Part shown: positions 13,115 through 25,319 of the stretch, in pieces
Layout of the letters: each line of letters begins with the position of its first letter
Position numbering within the stretch: the stretch's first letter is position 1
Origin: Piromyces finnis finn
Lineage: Eukaryota; Fungi; Neocallimastigomycota
Length of the DNA stretch: 64,000 bases
NCBI GenBank assembly: GCA_002104945.1
Contig: MCFH01000016.1
Location: 1-64,000, forward strand
Direction: 5' to 3'
Notes under the pieces: model-generated
The model's input: only the letters and a program-made list of their open reading frames with translations
What the model was told of the DNA's origin: nothing
Databases searched by the model: none
Translations under genes and position numbers: made by a program

Positions 13115-14504
13115 TTTTTTTTTTTTTTTTTTTTTTTTATATATATATTATATATATTAGTAAGTAATTTTTATGGCGAAAAACTTCATATTTATACATA
13201 ATTTCTAAAATAAAAAAATATATTAAATTAAAAATATATATTTAATATATATAATATATAAAAAAAAACATTTTTAATAATGGAAGTTCTAGAATACATT
13301 ATATATAATGAAATAAATAATAATTTAAGTTAAATATAAAGATTGATAAATAATTCCTCCATTTGTGGTAAGCAAAACAATAGAAAATCGGGTTAACTGT
13401 ATTCATAGGTTTACCCTAATAAAAAAATTATTTTTAATTACAAATTTAATGATTATATTATAATCTCCTTACTAAGTTAACTAATTATAATTAATAAAAA
13501 AGATAGAGAATATAAGCAACATAAAAATAGGCTTATTGTAGGATGAAATTATAAAAATTTTTTCTTTTTTTTTTTTAATAAATTATATTCATTCACCTCT
13601 TTAATAATACTTTAATTTATTTATAAATTAATCTTTTGTTCTTTTTGTTACATTTAAATTTTTAATACGATCCTCCAATGAAACTTCATCTAATAATGAT
13701 GTAAATCATTTATATTATTAATTTTTAAATATTAAAGAATAGATCGGTAGTACAATGAGAACAATAGGTTACATTAAATTTTATGAGTAACATTAATTTT
13801 TTATTATGTAATAATTTTTGTGTAAACAAGTTTTTCTTTAAAAAAAATATTAATTAAAAATTATTATTAATACACTATGATATTATTGAAGTAGGAGATA
13901 AAATTAAAAAAATTTTTAATTAAATTTAAACAATGAATTTTAATTTTTAATTAAAAAAAAAAAGGAGAAAGTTAAAATTTTAATTAATATATTAATAAAA
14001 ACGGCTTATTTATAAAAAAATAAATTATATTGGTTATTAATACCTATTTAATTAATAAATTATTGTTTTTAATTAAAGTATATTCAATAAATTATATATA
14101 GAAAATGTACTTTTATAATTATCTCTTAATTTATCAAAAGGTTGATCATTTAAGGTTACTGTCAGAACTTTTTTTTTGTAGTAATCTATAATAAAATATA
14201 CGAATATATGGTTATTCTTGGAATCATGAAGAATATATTCGAGTAATTATTTATATCTTGATAGAAACTTAAAAGGCAACCATAACTATTAAAAAATTTA
14301 AATCTAAAGAATATTTCTTTGCAAAAAATTAAAAAGAAAAAGACTTTCCAAATAATGAAAAATTTATTAAGGCAAATTAAATAAAAAAAAAAGATTTAAT
14401 TGTAAATTACCCAATAAATAATCTTTAAAAAAAAAATAAATTTTCTTTTTAAAAAAAGGGCAAAAAAAAGAATGGTTTAAAGATATTATAAAATGTAAAT
14501 AACA

Positions 14505-14691
<187 letters not shown>

Positions 14692-15371
14692 TAAAGAAAA
14701 AATGAATGGTTTTTTTATAAATGAAAAATAATAGAAAAATAACCTTTTATATAATTAAACAATAAAAAAAAATAATGGATGGAATAGATTATTACGTTTG
14801 ATATAAAATTTTTAAGCATATATTTATTATATTTGTTAAATACTTTAATTAAAAAAAGGTTATAATTAAATTATAAAATAATTATTTTTATTACTATTTT
14901 AGATTCAAATTATTAGTATTATATAGTATTAGTATTTAGTTATTAAGCGTTTTAATTTGGAATAAAGAAAGTTCAATTAAAGGTTTAATGTATATAAAAA
15001 ATTATAAAAAAAAAATACTATATTTCCATTTTTTTTATTTAATTTATATTAAAAAAAGATTTTATTCAAATATTTTTAAACTATTAAACCTATCATGATA
15101 TAAAAATAGATAAATAAGATAGTATTTGTTGTATTAATACTATTATTTATTTCATATTTATGCTTAAGAAGTATCTTTCAAAAAATATTAATAAGAAAAA
15201 TATTTCTTATTATTACTTTTTTATTATTACTATAGTATCTATAAAAAATTATCTTAATAATTGTTCTTTGAGAAGTATCAATTAATTTTAGGTAGTATAA
15301 TACAAAGGTTATTTTTTTATCATACTGAACTCATCATTTTTAAAATATCTTTTTATAGCATAATATTTTTC

Positions 15372-15520
<149 letters not shown>

Positions 15521-15902
15521 AAAGAAATATTCCAATTATCATGTATTAAACATATGTATTTTTTGAGAATAATTATATATGTAATATAAAAAGTATTTGT
15601 AGTAATGATAAAAAAAGATATAAAGGTTAGAGTAATGATTAATTAAAATGTAAAAAAAAATATTTATTTTTTCAAAAATTAATAATTACAATTCTATAAA
15701 AATATTTTTTAAGGTTATATAAATAACTAATGATTTACATTCATGGTAATTAAAATGCTGATTTAAATAACAAAAAAGTAAAATATGCTTGATATATTCT
15801 TTTTTTTATTATATATAAAATTATTAAAGTATATATATGTTTTTTTAAATATAATCAAATTAAAATCTTAAAAAAATAATACAAAACTATATAAAAATAA
15901 TG

Positions 15903-16190
15903 TCCTTAGCATTCCAAATACACAAGCAACATTCCTTAATTTAAGTGTAAATATTAGGAGGTAATTGACACGTGATCAAATTGATTATATGAAGACTTAG
16001 CATTATGGATGAAAATGTCGTACAATGACATACATTTAATGTAAATAGATTGAGTGAAGGTCGAAGCTAAAGATTCGGTCACAACCACCTAGCAATAGGA
16101 AAGAGCCAATGTTTCTTTAAGAACCACTGTTGGAACACATTTTGATTAATGGGAGAAATGCACTTGGAAGATAAAAAAAAAAAAATAAAA
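15903..16190 (+). mobile_element. 5'-truncated copy of the SINE-like element, with A-rich tail and 12-bp TSD
   Basis: Aligns by eye with about 24225-24512 (ttgacacgtgatcaaattga; ggtcacaaccacctagcaatagga; atgggagaaatgcac-tggaag). A-rich tail at 16171-16190. Direct repeat ataaaaataatg at 15891-15902 and 16191-16202. Confidence 0.8.
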
Positions 16191-18083
16191 ATAAAAATAA
16201 TGACATTGGTGACTAAATAATTTTATAGTTACAACTATTTCAAAAATAAAAAAAAAAAAAGAATGGATACATTTAATAAATATAAGAATATCATTATTGT
16301 ATACAAAAACATTGGTTATAATTGTACTTTTTTTGAATAATATCGAAATAATCAAATAAGAAATAAAGAAATATCATTTAAAAGTTTATATTCATTTATA
16401 TAAATACACCTTTTATAAATTTTATTTTAAATATATAAAAATTTATTAAGTATATCATAATATACAAAATTATAGTGTAATTAAGCCTATTTCCAATAGT
16501 GTTGAATAAACAAAAAAAAAGTAATTTATTTTTTTTATTATTTTTATGCAAAAAGTATAATGGAAATTAGTAAATGTTAAGTTGAAACATGTTGAGACTA
16601 ACAACTGTACCAATACACAACAACTGTTTTTTTTTTAAATGTAATTTTTCTTTGTTATGTATATTATTTTTTTCTAACCTTTTTTTCAAAAATAGTTTAA
16701 TGATGATTAATATGATTAATAATATAATATATTAATAGTATATTATTATATATTCCAAAATTTTAAAATATATTAAATTATTATTTTAATTTATTAGAGT
16801 GTGATACAAAAAACTTTGTTGTATACAATTTTAATTTTTAATGATGGATAATTTAATTAAATTTATATTAGTATTACACCATATATATGAACTTAATAGG
16901 TATTATTATGTAATAAACTTTTAATTTATTAGAAACACTATAAAATTACAAGATAATAAATATAAATAAACTTTCTTAATCATACATTTTAATATAGATT
17001 TTAAACCCTTTTTATATAAAAGGAAAAATGAGAAAAAAAAAAAAAGTTGAGAATTAAAGAATATATCATATTTTATAATAATTGAATTTATAATACTCTA
17101 ATTATTCCAATACTATAAATATAATAAAAAGAAAAAGAATTTAACTATATACATTCCAATACTATATATAAATATAATAAAAAGAAAAATATAATAAGAA
17201 ATTATAAAGTGCTTTAAAAATAAATAGAAAATATTAAATGAAAATGTTGAAATATTAATAAATTTTATAAAAGAAAAAGATAATAATGTGTCAAATATTT
17301 TTTGAAGCTATTTTTTTTTTTTAATTTATTAATGTTCTATTGTTGGAATAAACTTATTTCAATAATTTTGTTCCAATATATAATAATAACAGTTTAAAGA
17401 AATGTATTTATGCTAATTACAATAGTAATAATGTTTAATGTTACAAAAATTAATAATAATAATAATTCATATTTTTAAAATTTTGGATTAATAAAAATTC
17501 TTATTCTACCTACTTTTATATTTAATTATTGATACAAAAGGTTATATATTTAAATATTTAGTGAACGGTTATTGGTTACAATTCTTATTCCTATTCCTAT
17601 TAAAAGTCATGTTAAAACTAATTTTTTAATTTTTAATCTATTTTATTATTATTGTTTTATCTTTAATTTTTTTTTTGTAAAAGTCAAATTTATAATGATA
17701 ATCTATATCAATAGTATTTTAATTTAATATTATTTATAATACTAAAGAAATGAAGAAATGATGTCAGAGTAGCGAATGAATTTGATGACTAATAAGTTTC
17801 TAAAATTGCCTTAAAACTTTAATAATATTAAAATTTAAAAAAAAAATACGAATCATAAATTAATATTAATGATATATAAATGTTTTAAAAAAAAAAATTA
17901 ATTTTTTTAAATTCATATATAAAGGAAAAAGATTTCCTTTTTAAAATATAAAGTTTGATTTTATATATATAATTTAAATATTATAGTTTAATATTATAAA
18001 TTTGATATTTATAATATAAAATTAATAGGGTTTTCTTTTTACCATCTATATTTATTTTTTTATATATATAAATAATACTAAAA

Positions 18084-20063
18084 ATGAGAGTATTGAGTAC
18101 TTCTCTTTTATTAACAACTTTGGTATCTGTATACTCAAAATCTATAGAAAACCATACCATTGTATTTAATTTAGAAAGTGGTTTTTACAATAATGATAGC
18201 ATAGAACTTCAAATTAAATCTTCTGATTCCAATGCCTCTATTTATTATACGTTGGATGGAAGTATCCCTTCAGAAAATTCTACTTTATATGAAAATCCAA
18301 TTATTTTAAAGAATAAAAGTGAAGATGAAAACGTTCTCAGTGCTATTTTAAATATAGAACCAACTAAAAAAAAATTTAAACCAACCAAAAAAATAACAAA
18401 AGGTAATGTTATTCGTGCTATAGCAAAATTTTCTGATGCTTCTTATTCTGAAGTTATCAGTGGAACTTATTTTGTTGGTCTTGACCGACAAAAACTTTAC
18501 GGTGATTTTCCAGTAATATCTATTATTACAGATCCTGATAATCTCTTTGATTATGAAAAAGGTATTTATGTTTTAGGAAAAACTTATGATGACTATATTG
18601 CTTCAAATGTTCAAAGTTATTATCCAAAAGGTAATTTTAGTAATAAAGGAAGAGAATCTGAAAGACCTGCCACCATTGAATATTTGCCATTTAATGATAA
18701 CCAAAAGGGTTTTAAACAAAATGTAGGTATAAGAATTATGGGTAATGCTTCTAGACTTTCTGTTCAAAAAAGTTTCCGTGTTCTTTGTCGTGAAGAGTAT
18801 GGAAAAAAGAGTTTAAAATATGAATTAATCCCTAATAATATGCGTTCAGATGGTACTGGTCCTGTCACAAAATATAAATCTTTTAATATAAGAAATGGTG
18901 GAAATGATAATGAATTTATGAAATACAGAGATATTGCCTTGCAAACCCTGATTTCTAATAGAGATTTCGAAACACAACAATCCGACATTGCTATTGCATT
19001 CATTGATGGTGAATATTGGGGTGTATATCAACTTAGTGAAGATTATAGTGATAATTATATTGCCAATAACTATGATATTAACAGTGACAATGTTGTCATT
19101 ATTAAAAAGAATAAGGTTGAAGCAGGTGAAGAGGATGATAAGAAATTATTTGATGAAACAATGAATTACATTTATTCCAATGATTTAAGCGTAGATGTTA
19201 ATTATAGTAACCTATTAAAGTCATTTGATATTGATAATTTTGCTTGGTATACTGCTTTTATTATTTATATTGGTAGTGTAGATTGTATATTACAAGATAA
19301 TAATTGGGCCATGTGGCGTGTTAGAACACCAGATCAAAACACTTTAAATGCTGATGGAAAATGGCGTATGTTAACTTATGATACAGAATTTTCTTCTGGT
19401 CTCTATTCTGATGGAACAAAATTTGATGACACTATTTTGTACGATATATTTAATAAGGCAAATTCAAATCCTCGTTTTGGTGTAAAGCTTTTAAAGGCAT
19501 TTATTGAAAATAAGGAATTTAAGAATTTATTCATTAATGCTTTAAGTGATGTTAGAAATATTGATTTTGAGGCTAGCCGAGTCAATGATTATATTGATAA
19601 TATGTATAATAGAACAGCTCCACTTATGCTTGATAACTATAATAGATTTGGTCCAGATTATGTATTATATTTCCCAGAAAAATACTATACATCACAAGTT
19701 GAATATTTTAAAACCTACCTTACCGGAAGATATAATGTTTTCATGAAACATATTGAAAAAACCTTTAAGTTCAAACCAGCTGTCACTGTAAGTGTTATTT
19801 CTAATGATTATCGAAAAGGCAGTTTTAAAGTAAATCATGGATGGAAACTTCATAATAAGAAATATGAAGGTGAATATTTCCGTGAAAACATTCTTTATTT
19901 AACAGCTGTTCCTGTTGAAGGTGAAACCTTTAGATATTGGAAAATGAAAAATTGTAAACTTGCAGATAGTAGTTATGGTCCAGTTGATGGTATTCAATCT
20001 AATAAAACCACTATTGGTATTTACCCAAGCTATGGTTGTAGATTAACCGCCTTTTATAAGTAA
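18084..20063 (+). CDS. Secreted bacterial-type CotH kinase family protein with N-terminal CHB_HEX_C/Fn3-like domain; intronless
   Basis: Signal peptide; FNLESGFY...IYYTLDGSIP (chitobiase/hexosaminidase C-terminal-like); GIRIMGNASR, KSFRV, IRNGGND, NGEYWG-like DGEYWGVY, GKWRMLTYDTE (CotH motifs). Confidence 0.88.
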   Translation: MRVLSTSLLLTTLVSVYSKSIENHTIVFNLESGFYNNDSIELQIKSSDSNASIYYTLDGSIPSENSTLYENPIILKNKSEDENVLSAILNIEPTKKKFKPTKKITKGNVIRAIAKFSDASYSEVISGTYFVGLDRQKLYGDFPVISIITDPDNLFDYEKGIYVLGKTYDDYIASNVQSYYPKGNFSNKGRESERPATIEYLPFNDNQKGFKQNVGIRIMGNASRLSVQKSFRVLCREEYGKKSLKYELIPNNMRSDGTGPVTKYKSFNIRNGGNDNEFMKYRDIALQTLISNRDFETQQSDIAIAFIDGEYWGVYQLSEDYSDNYIANNYDINSDNVVIIKKNKVEAGEEDDKKLFDETMNYIYSNDLSVDVNYSNLLKSFDIDNFAWYTAFIIYIGSVDCILQDNNWAMWRVRTPDQNTLNADGKWRMLTYDTEFSSGLYSDGTKFDDTILYDIFNKANSNPRFGVKLLKAFIENKEFKNLFINALSDVRNIDFEASRVNDYIDNMYNRTAPLMLDNYNRFGPDYVLYFPEKYYTSQVEYFKTYLTGRYNVFMKHIEKTFKFKPAVTVSVISNDYRKGSFKVNHGWKLHNKKYEGEYFRENILYLTAVPVEGETFRYWKMKNCKLADSSYGPVDGIQSNKTTIGIYPSYGCRLTAFYK

Positions 20064-20563
20064 ACATTATTTATTATATTTTGATAATATAATAAATAAA
20101 TATAAAATAAATTCATTTATATTTAAAACTAAAAATATGTATAATATAGGGTAAAAAAAAAAAAAAAAAAAATAAAATTTCAAAAAACTATGTATAATAT
20201 AAAAATATAAGTATTAGTTAAAAAAATGAATTAAATAATAATCAAATACAAAATAAAATAAAATAAAAAGTTTTAAAAATTAATATATAAATATACCATT
20301 TTATGGAATTTTGTTTTTTTTATTACTTAACATATTGATGTACTTTATAATATAATACATGTAATAAATGTAATACAAACCAAATGTATCAAAATGTATG
20401 ATATGAAAATAATGTATTGTAAATAAGAAATAAGACTTTAATGTATAATGTATAAAAGAATTGAAAAGTTTTATATTTTGTCAAATCTCTATAATTATTC
20501 CCTATTAAATATATTTATAATTTAATTACCTTTCTTTGTTGACTTATTTAAATTATAATTAGA

Positions 20564-21020
<457 letters not shown>

Positions 21021-21840
21021 TTTTTGTTACTTTAAATAATTTTTATTTTATAATATTACAATTTCTGTATATTTTTTTTTTTTCAAATCAGAAATGATTT
21101 TCATGTCACAAAAAAAAAAAAAAAAAAGTGGAGAATAAAGGTTAATAAGAAATAAAAAAAAAAGTAGTTTTTAAAATAATAATTAAATAACATTTAATAT
21201 AATCAATACCGCCGCAAGTAGTAGTATATAATAATAATAATAATTATAATAATAATTATTGCATAGTTGAATTTTTAACTGAACCATTTTCTTATAATAA
21301 TTATGTGGTTCTGTTAAAAAATAATTTTTAATTCCATTTTCCAATAATCTAGAATTTCTTATTGAATTTTCGATTCAATCTTTTTTCTGTATTTTATTAT
21401 TTTATAATTTATTATATTTTAATTTTATATTCCATTAATATATTATTTTTTTTTTAAATATTCTTAATTCTAAATTTTTTTATTTAATATATGTAATCAA
21501 TATAATTTTAATCTATGGTTTCTATTTAAATTTAATAATTTTAATAGGTTGATCAATAAATTAAAATTAAAGTTTTAAAGTTTTGAGATTTTAGAATTCT
21601 ATAGAGCGTTAAAAAAAAAAAAAAGAAAAAAATATAAATACAAGTTCATTTGTCTTTGAAAGTAGAGCATTATCCTTTAATCCTAGAATCATTTTCTAAA
21701 ATAATTTATTATTTCTTTTCCTTTTTTTTTCTTGAGCATTAATAATAAAAGAAAAAAAAAAAAAGAAATATTCAATTTATAAATTATTTTTTAAAAAAAG
21801 TTCAAGTCAACAGCCGTTTTATTATTTTTATTTTTTAACT

Positions 21841-22767
21841 ATGAGTTCAATTACTACTATTAATCATCCAATGAAAAAGTCATCAAAGACAATTTCTGAA
21901 GAGGAAATTGATCTTCCTGTTGGTGTCACCTTAAAAAAGCAAGAGAAAAAACACAAATTCTTTTCAAAGATTTTCTCTTCAATTTCAAAATCAAAATATA
22001 AGAAAGCTATTGAAGCCACTAACAACAAAAAATTTGTAAATTCTTTTGACACTGAAAAAACCCTTCATCAATCCGATTTATACGACACAGAAAAGACTAT
22101 TTATGACAATGATCTCACATATATAAAAGGCTCCATTTCTGAAAATCATGATGATTCTCAAAATACAATTAGTACAGTTTATTCATCAAAGGATTACAGC
22201 AAAAACCCAATTCAAGCTTTCCTTTCCAGAAAAACTGTTAATTTAAAAGGTAGAAATGAAGATACCTTACCTGTATTAAATGACGATTTAGCCGAAATTA
22301 TTCGTTGTAGATTACCAAACCTTTTACAAGAAGCTACCACTTGGAAATTATTATATAGTATGAATCAACATGGTGCTACCTTAAGTACCTTATATCGTAA
22401 GATTAAAAATCAAGGTCCATGTATTATAGTATTAAAAAGTTCTGAAGATGAAATTTTTGGTGCATTTATTACTGAAGCTTTTGATCCATCAAATAAAGGT
22501 TTCTTTGGTACTCCAGAATGTTTCTTATGGAAAGCTGATAAATATCAATTTAAGAAATTCTCTGCTACTCATATAAATCAATACTTTATGGTTGCTGAAT
22601 CAAACTTTATTGCCATGGGTGGTGGTAATGGAAATTTTGGTTTTTATTTAGATGAAGATATTCAATTTGGTTATACTTCAAAATGTGATACCTTTGAAAA
22701 TGAAACCTTAACAAAAGATAATGAATTTGAATGTTATGGTTGTGAAATTTGGGGACTTGAATTTTAA
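21841..22767 (+). CDS. TLDc-domain protein (Oxr1-like)
   Basis: WKLLYSMNQHGATLSTLY, IFGAF, FFGTPECFLW, IAMGGGNGNFG, FECYGCEIWG are TLDc signature motifs. Confidence 0.9.
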   Translation: MSSITTINHPMKKSSKTISEEEIDLPVGVTLKKQEKKHKFFSKIFSSISKSKYKKAIEATNNKKFVNSFDTEKTLHQSDLYDTEKTIYDNDLTYIKGSISENHDDSQNTISTVYSSKDYSKNPIQAFLSRKTVNLKGRNEDTLPVLNDDLAEIIRCRLPNLLQEATTWKLLYSMNQHGATLSTLYRKIKNQGPCIIVLKSSEDEIFGAFITEAFDPSNKGFFGTPECFLWKADKYQFKKFSATHINQYFMVAESNFIAMGGGNGNFGFYLDEDIQFGYTSKCDTFENETLTKDNEFECYGCEIWGLEF

Positions 22768-23978
22768 GAAAATGATAACACTTTCCTACTTTTTGATTTA
22801 AAAAAGTAGCTATTTATTTTTCGCTATCCTAATTTATCTAATCTTTAAGAATTTTTGGAACTTTTTTTTTTTTTTAAACCATTTTTTTCTATACCAATTA
22901 CTATTTAATATACCATTTTCATTTATTTTATAAAAATTAAAAATAGTAAAAAAAAAAAAAAATTTAAAAAAAAAAAAAAACATTAAAAAAAAAAACATAT
23001 AAATATAGATGTTTAATTTATTTATTTCACATTATTATGATGAATAAAATGTATATGTATAATAGAATTATTTATTTATTTAATAATAATAATAATAAAA
23101 AAATAATAATAAATTAAAAAAAATAATTATATCTTATATGTTTTATTATCCTTTTTAATTGACTTTTTTTTTTTTTTTTTAAAATTATTACTATTATCTT
23201 ATAATGAAAAATATATTATCACTGTAAATTATATTTAAATTAACCTATAATTTCTGTATTATCGGCTAGATGGAGCCAAAATGAACAACGAAAATCTTTT
23301 TTTTTTTAAAGTTTTTTACACTATTAAAATGAATTATCAAAAAATCATTTTTATTATTTAGAATTATTGTATATACTGCTATAATACTTTATATATTTTC
23401 ACTTAAAAGAATTCTTTTCATTTTTTTTATTTTATTAAATATCTATTCCTATGCAACTAATTAAAATTTCATTTTTATTTTCTTATTCCTTGTATAAAAC
23501 ATTTATTACCATATCAATTAAAATATTATTAATAAAGAAAAAATAATAAAAAAAATGAAAATCTTATTTTTGTGTTTTTTTTTTTTTTTTTAATTTTTAA
23601 ATTTATATTAAATTTTAATTAATATAAAAAAAGAAGTTTTAAAATATAAGTTGCCGTTGGAAAACTTTTTTAATATAAAATATTATATCAAATACTTTTA
23701 AAATAATATTTAAATCATTTTCCTAATAATAATTATTATCTATTTTTATATGATTAATGATTTTTTGTTATTATTTATTATATATGTTAATACTATTTAA
23801 CACTATTTTTCTAAATATTTTTCTAAGTGGCATGATTAATAATCAATGTATTTTTAAATAATAAATCCTAGTTTAACGTATTTGTATTACATTTAATGTA
23901 CTATGTATTATAGAATTAAAATTAATTCACAATTATATATTAAGAAAAAGAATTTTTTTAATCATTAAAAATTAATAT

Positions 23979-24535
23979 GTCGTTCCAGTTTTTATCCTGG
24001 TTGTTAAGGCGTTTCCTTAGCATACATAAGGCTTCTGGTTCGACCCCGCAGATGTCAGTGCCTGTGGATTTTCCCACTGGGTTTGCCATGGGTTGGGTTA
24101 TGATATTCAGGTAAGTATAAATGAACTTTCTAATTTACTACTATGATAATAACACTCGTCTAGCCGGCCTGAGAGGGTCTAGTGTACATGGTACATTCCA
24201 AATTAGAACTTAATAAGTGGTGACTTAGGCTATGCCAAAAACACATAATATTCCTTAATCAATTTAAGTGTAAACATTAGGGGGCGGTTGACACGTGATC
24301 AAATTGACTATAAGAGGCTTAGCATTGTAGTTGTGAAATATCGTACAACGACATGCATCTAATGTACATGGATTAAGTGAGCGTCGAAGCTGAAGAAACA
24401 GTATGACAGACCAGGAGGGTCACAACCACCTAGCAATAGGAATGAGCCAACGTTTCTCTAAGAACCACCATTGGAGCTAACTCTGATCGATGGGAGAAAT
24501 GCACTCGGAAGTTAAAAAAAAAAAAAAAATAATAA
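23979..24535 (+). mobile_element. Full-length tRNA-headed SINE-like retroelement with poly(A) tail and 12-bp TSD
   Basis: B-box GGTTCGACCCC at 24037-24047, D-loop-like tggttgttaaggcg upstream, poly(A) from 24514, direct repeat aaaaattaatat at 23967-23978 and 24536-24547, and a second truncated copy at 15903-16190. Confidence 0.8.
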
Positions 24536-25149
24536 AAAAATTAATATATTACTAGAACCTTAAATAATAATAATATTAATGTTTAATTATGATACATTAA
24601 TTATTCATATTCTAATTAAATTTTTAATTTAAAAATCAGATCAATAAAAAAAAATTTATTTATTACAGTGTAACGTGACACAATGAAACACATTACATTG
24701 AAAAAAAAACTTTTTTTTTTACTTTAAAATACAAAATTAAAAAGAAAAGTAAAGACTTGGTTATAATTAATTATAATTATTTAGTATATTATTTTACTAA
24801 TAATGTTATTATTAAAATAATAATTAGTGTTATATTGAATTAAAAGTTGTATTAATGGTTTTTTATATGAAAATTGTATTTTTAAAGTACTTTTTTTTTT
24901 TTTTAAAATTTTCTTATACTAATGTTTGAAGTTTTTATATATAAAATTTAATTTATTTTAAAACTTCCTCCTCAATTAAAACACTACAAAAAAAAAAAAA
25001 ACTTTGATATTTGGTAAAGGGGTAATAATATTATAATTACAAATAAATAAACAATAAAATTTAAATAAAAAAAAAAAGTATATATAGAAAAAGAAATCAT
25101 TTCTAAATTTAATTAAATCAGAAAATAATAATAATAAGTAAATAAAAAA

Positions 25150-25182
25150 ATAAATAAATAAAAAAATAAATAAATAAAAAAA

Positions 25183-25273
<91 letters not shown>
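25150..25273. repeat. (AAAT)n microsatellite just upstream of the CotH-CBM1 start
   Basis: Direct reading. Confidence 0.9.
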
Positions 25274-25319
25274 AAACATTAATACCAAATTATACCAAAT
25301 TTATTGTAGACTTAATAAA

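Noticed and set aside
17755-17800. tgatga motifs suggesting a box C/D snoRNA
   Set aside because: No matching D box (CTGA) or terminal stem found.
23979-24060. Possible functional tRNA gene
   Set aside because: No convincing cloverleaf or acceptor stem; the poly(A) tail and TSD indicate a retroposed element instead.
24161-24178. 18-nt stretch tagccggcctgagagggt resembling bacterial 16S rRNA inside the SINE body
   Set aside because: The flanks do not continue the 16S sequence, so it is too short to call rRNA or HGT. Probably chance, but worth re-checking in the family consensus.
24389-24500. CUGAAGA suggesting a hammerhead core, and GCUAAC suggesting an HDV-like J4/2
   Set aside because: I could not build the required stems (no properly placed GAAA, and no P1/P2/P1.1 pairing).
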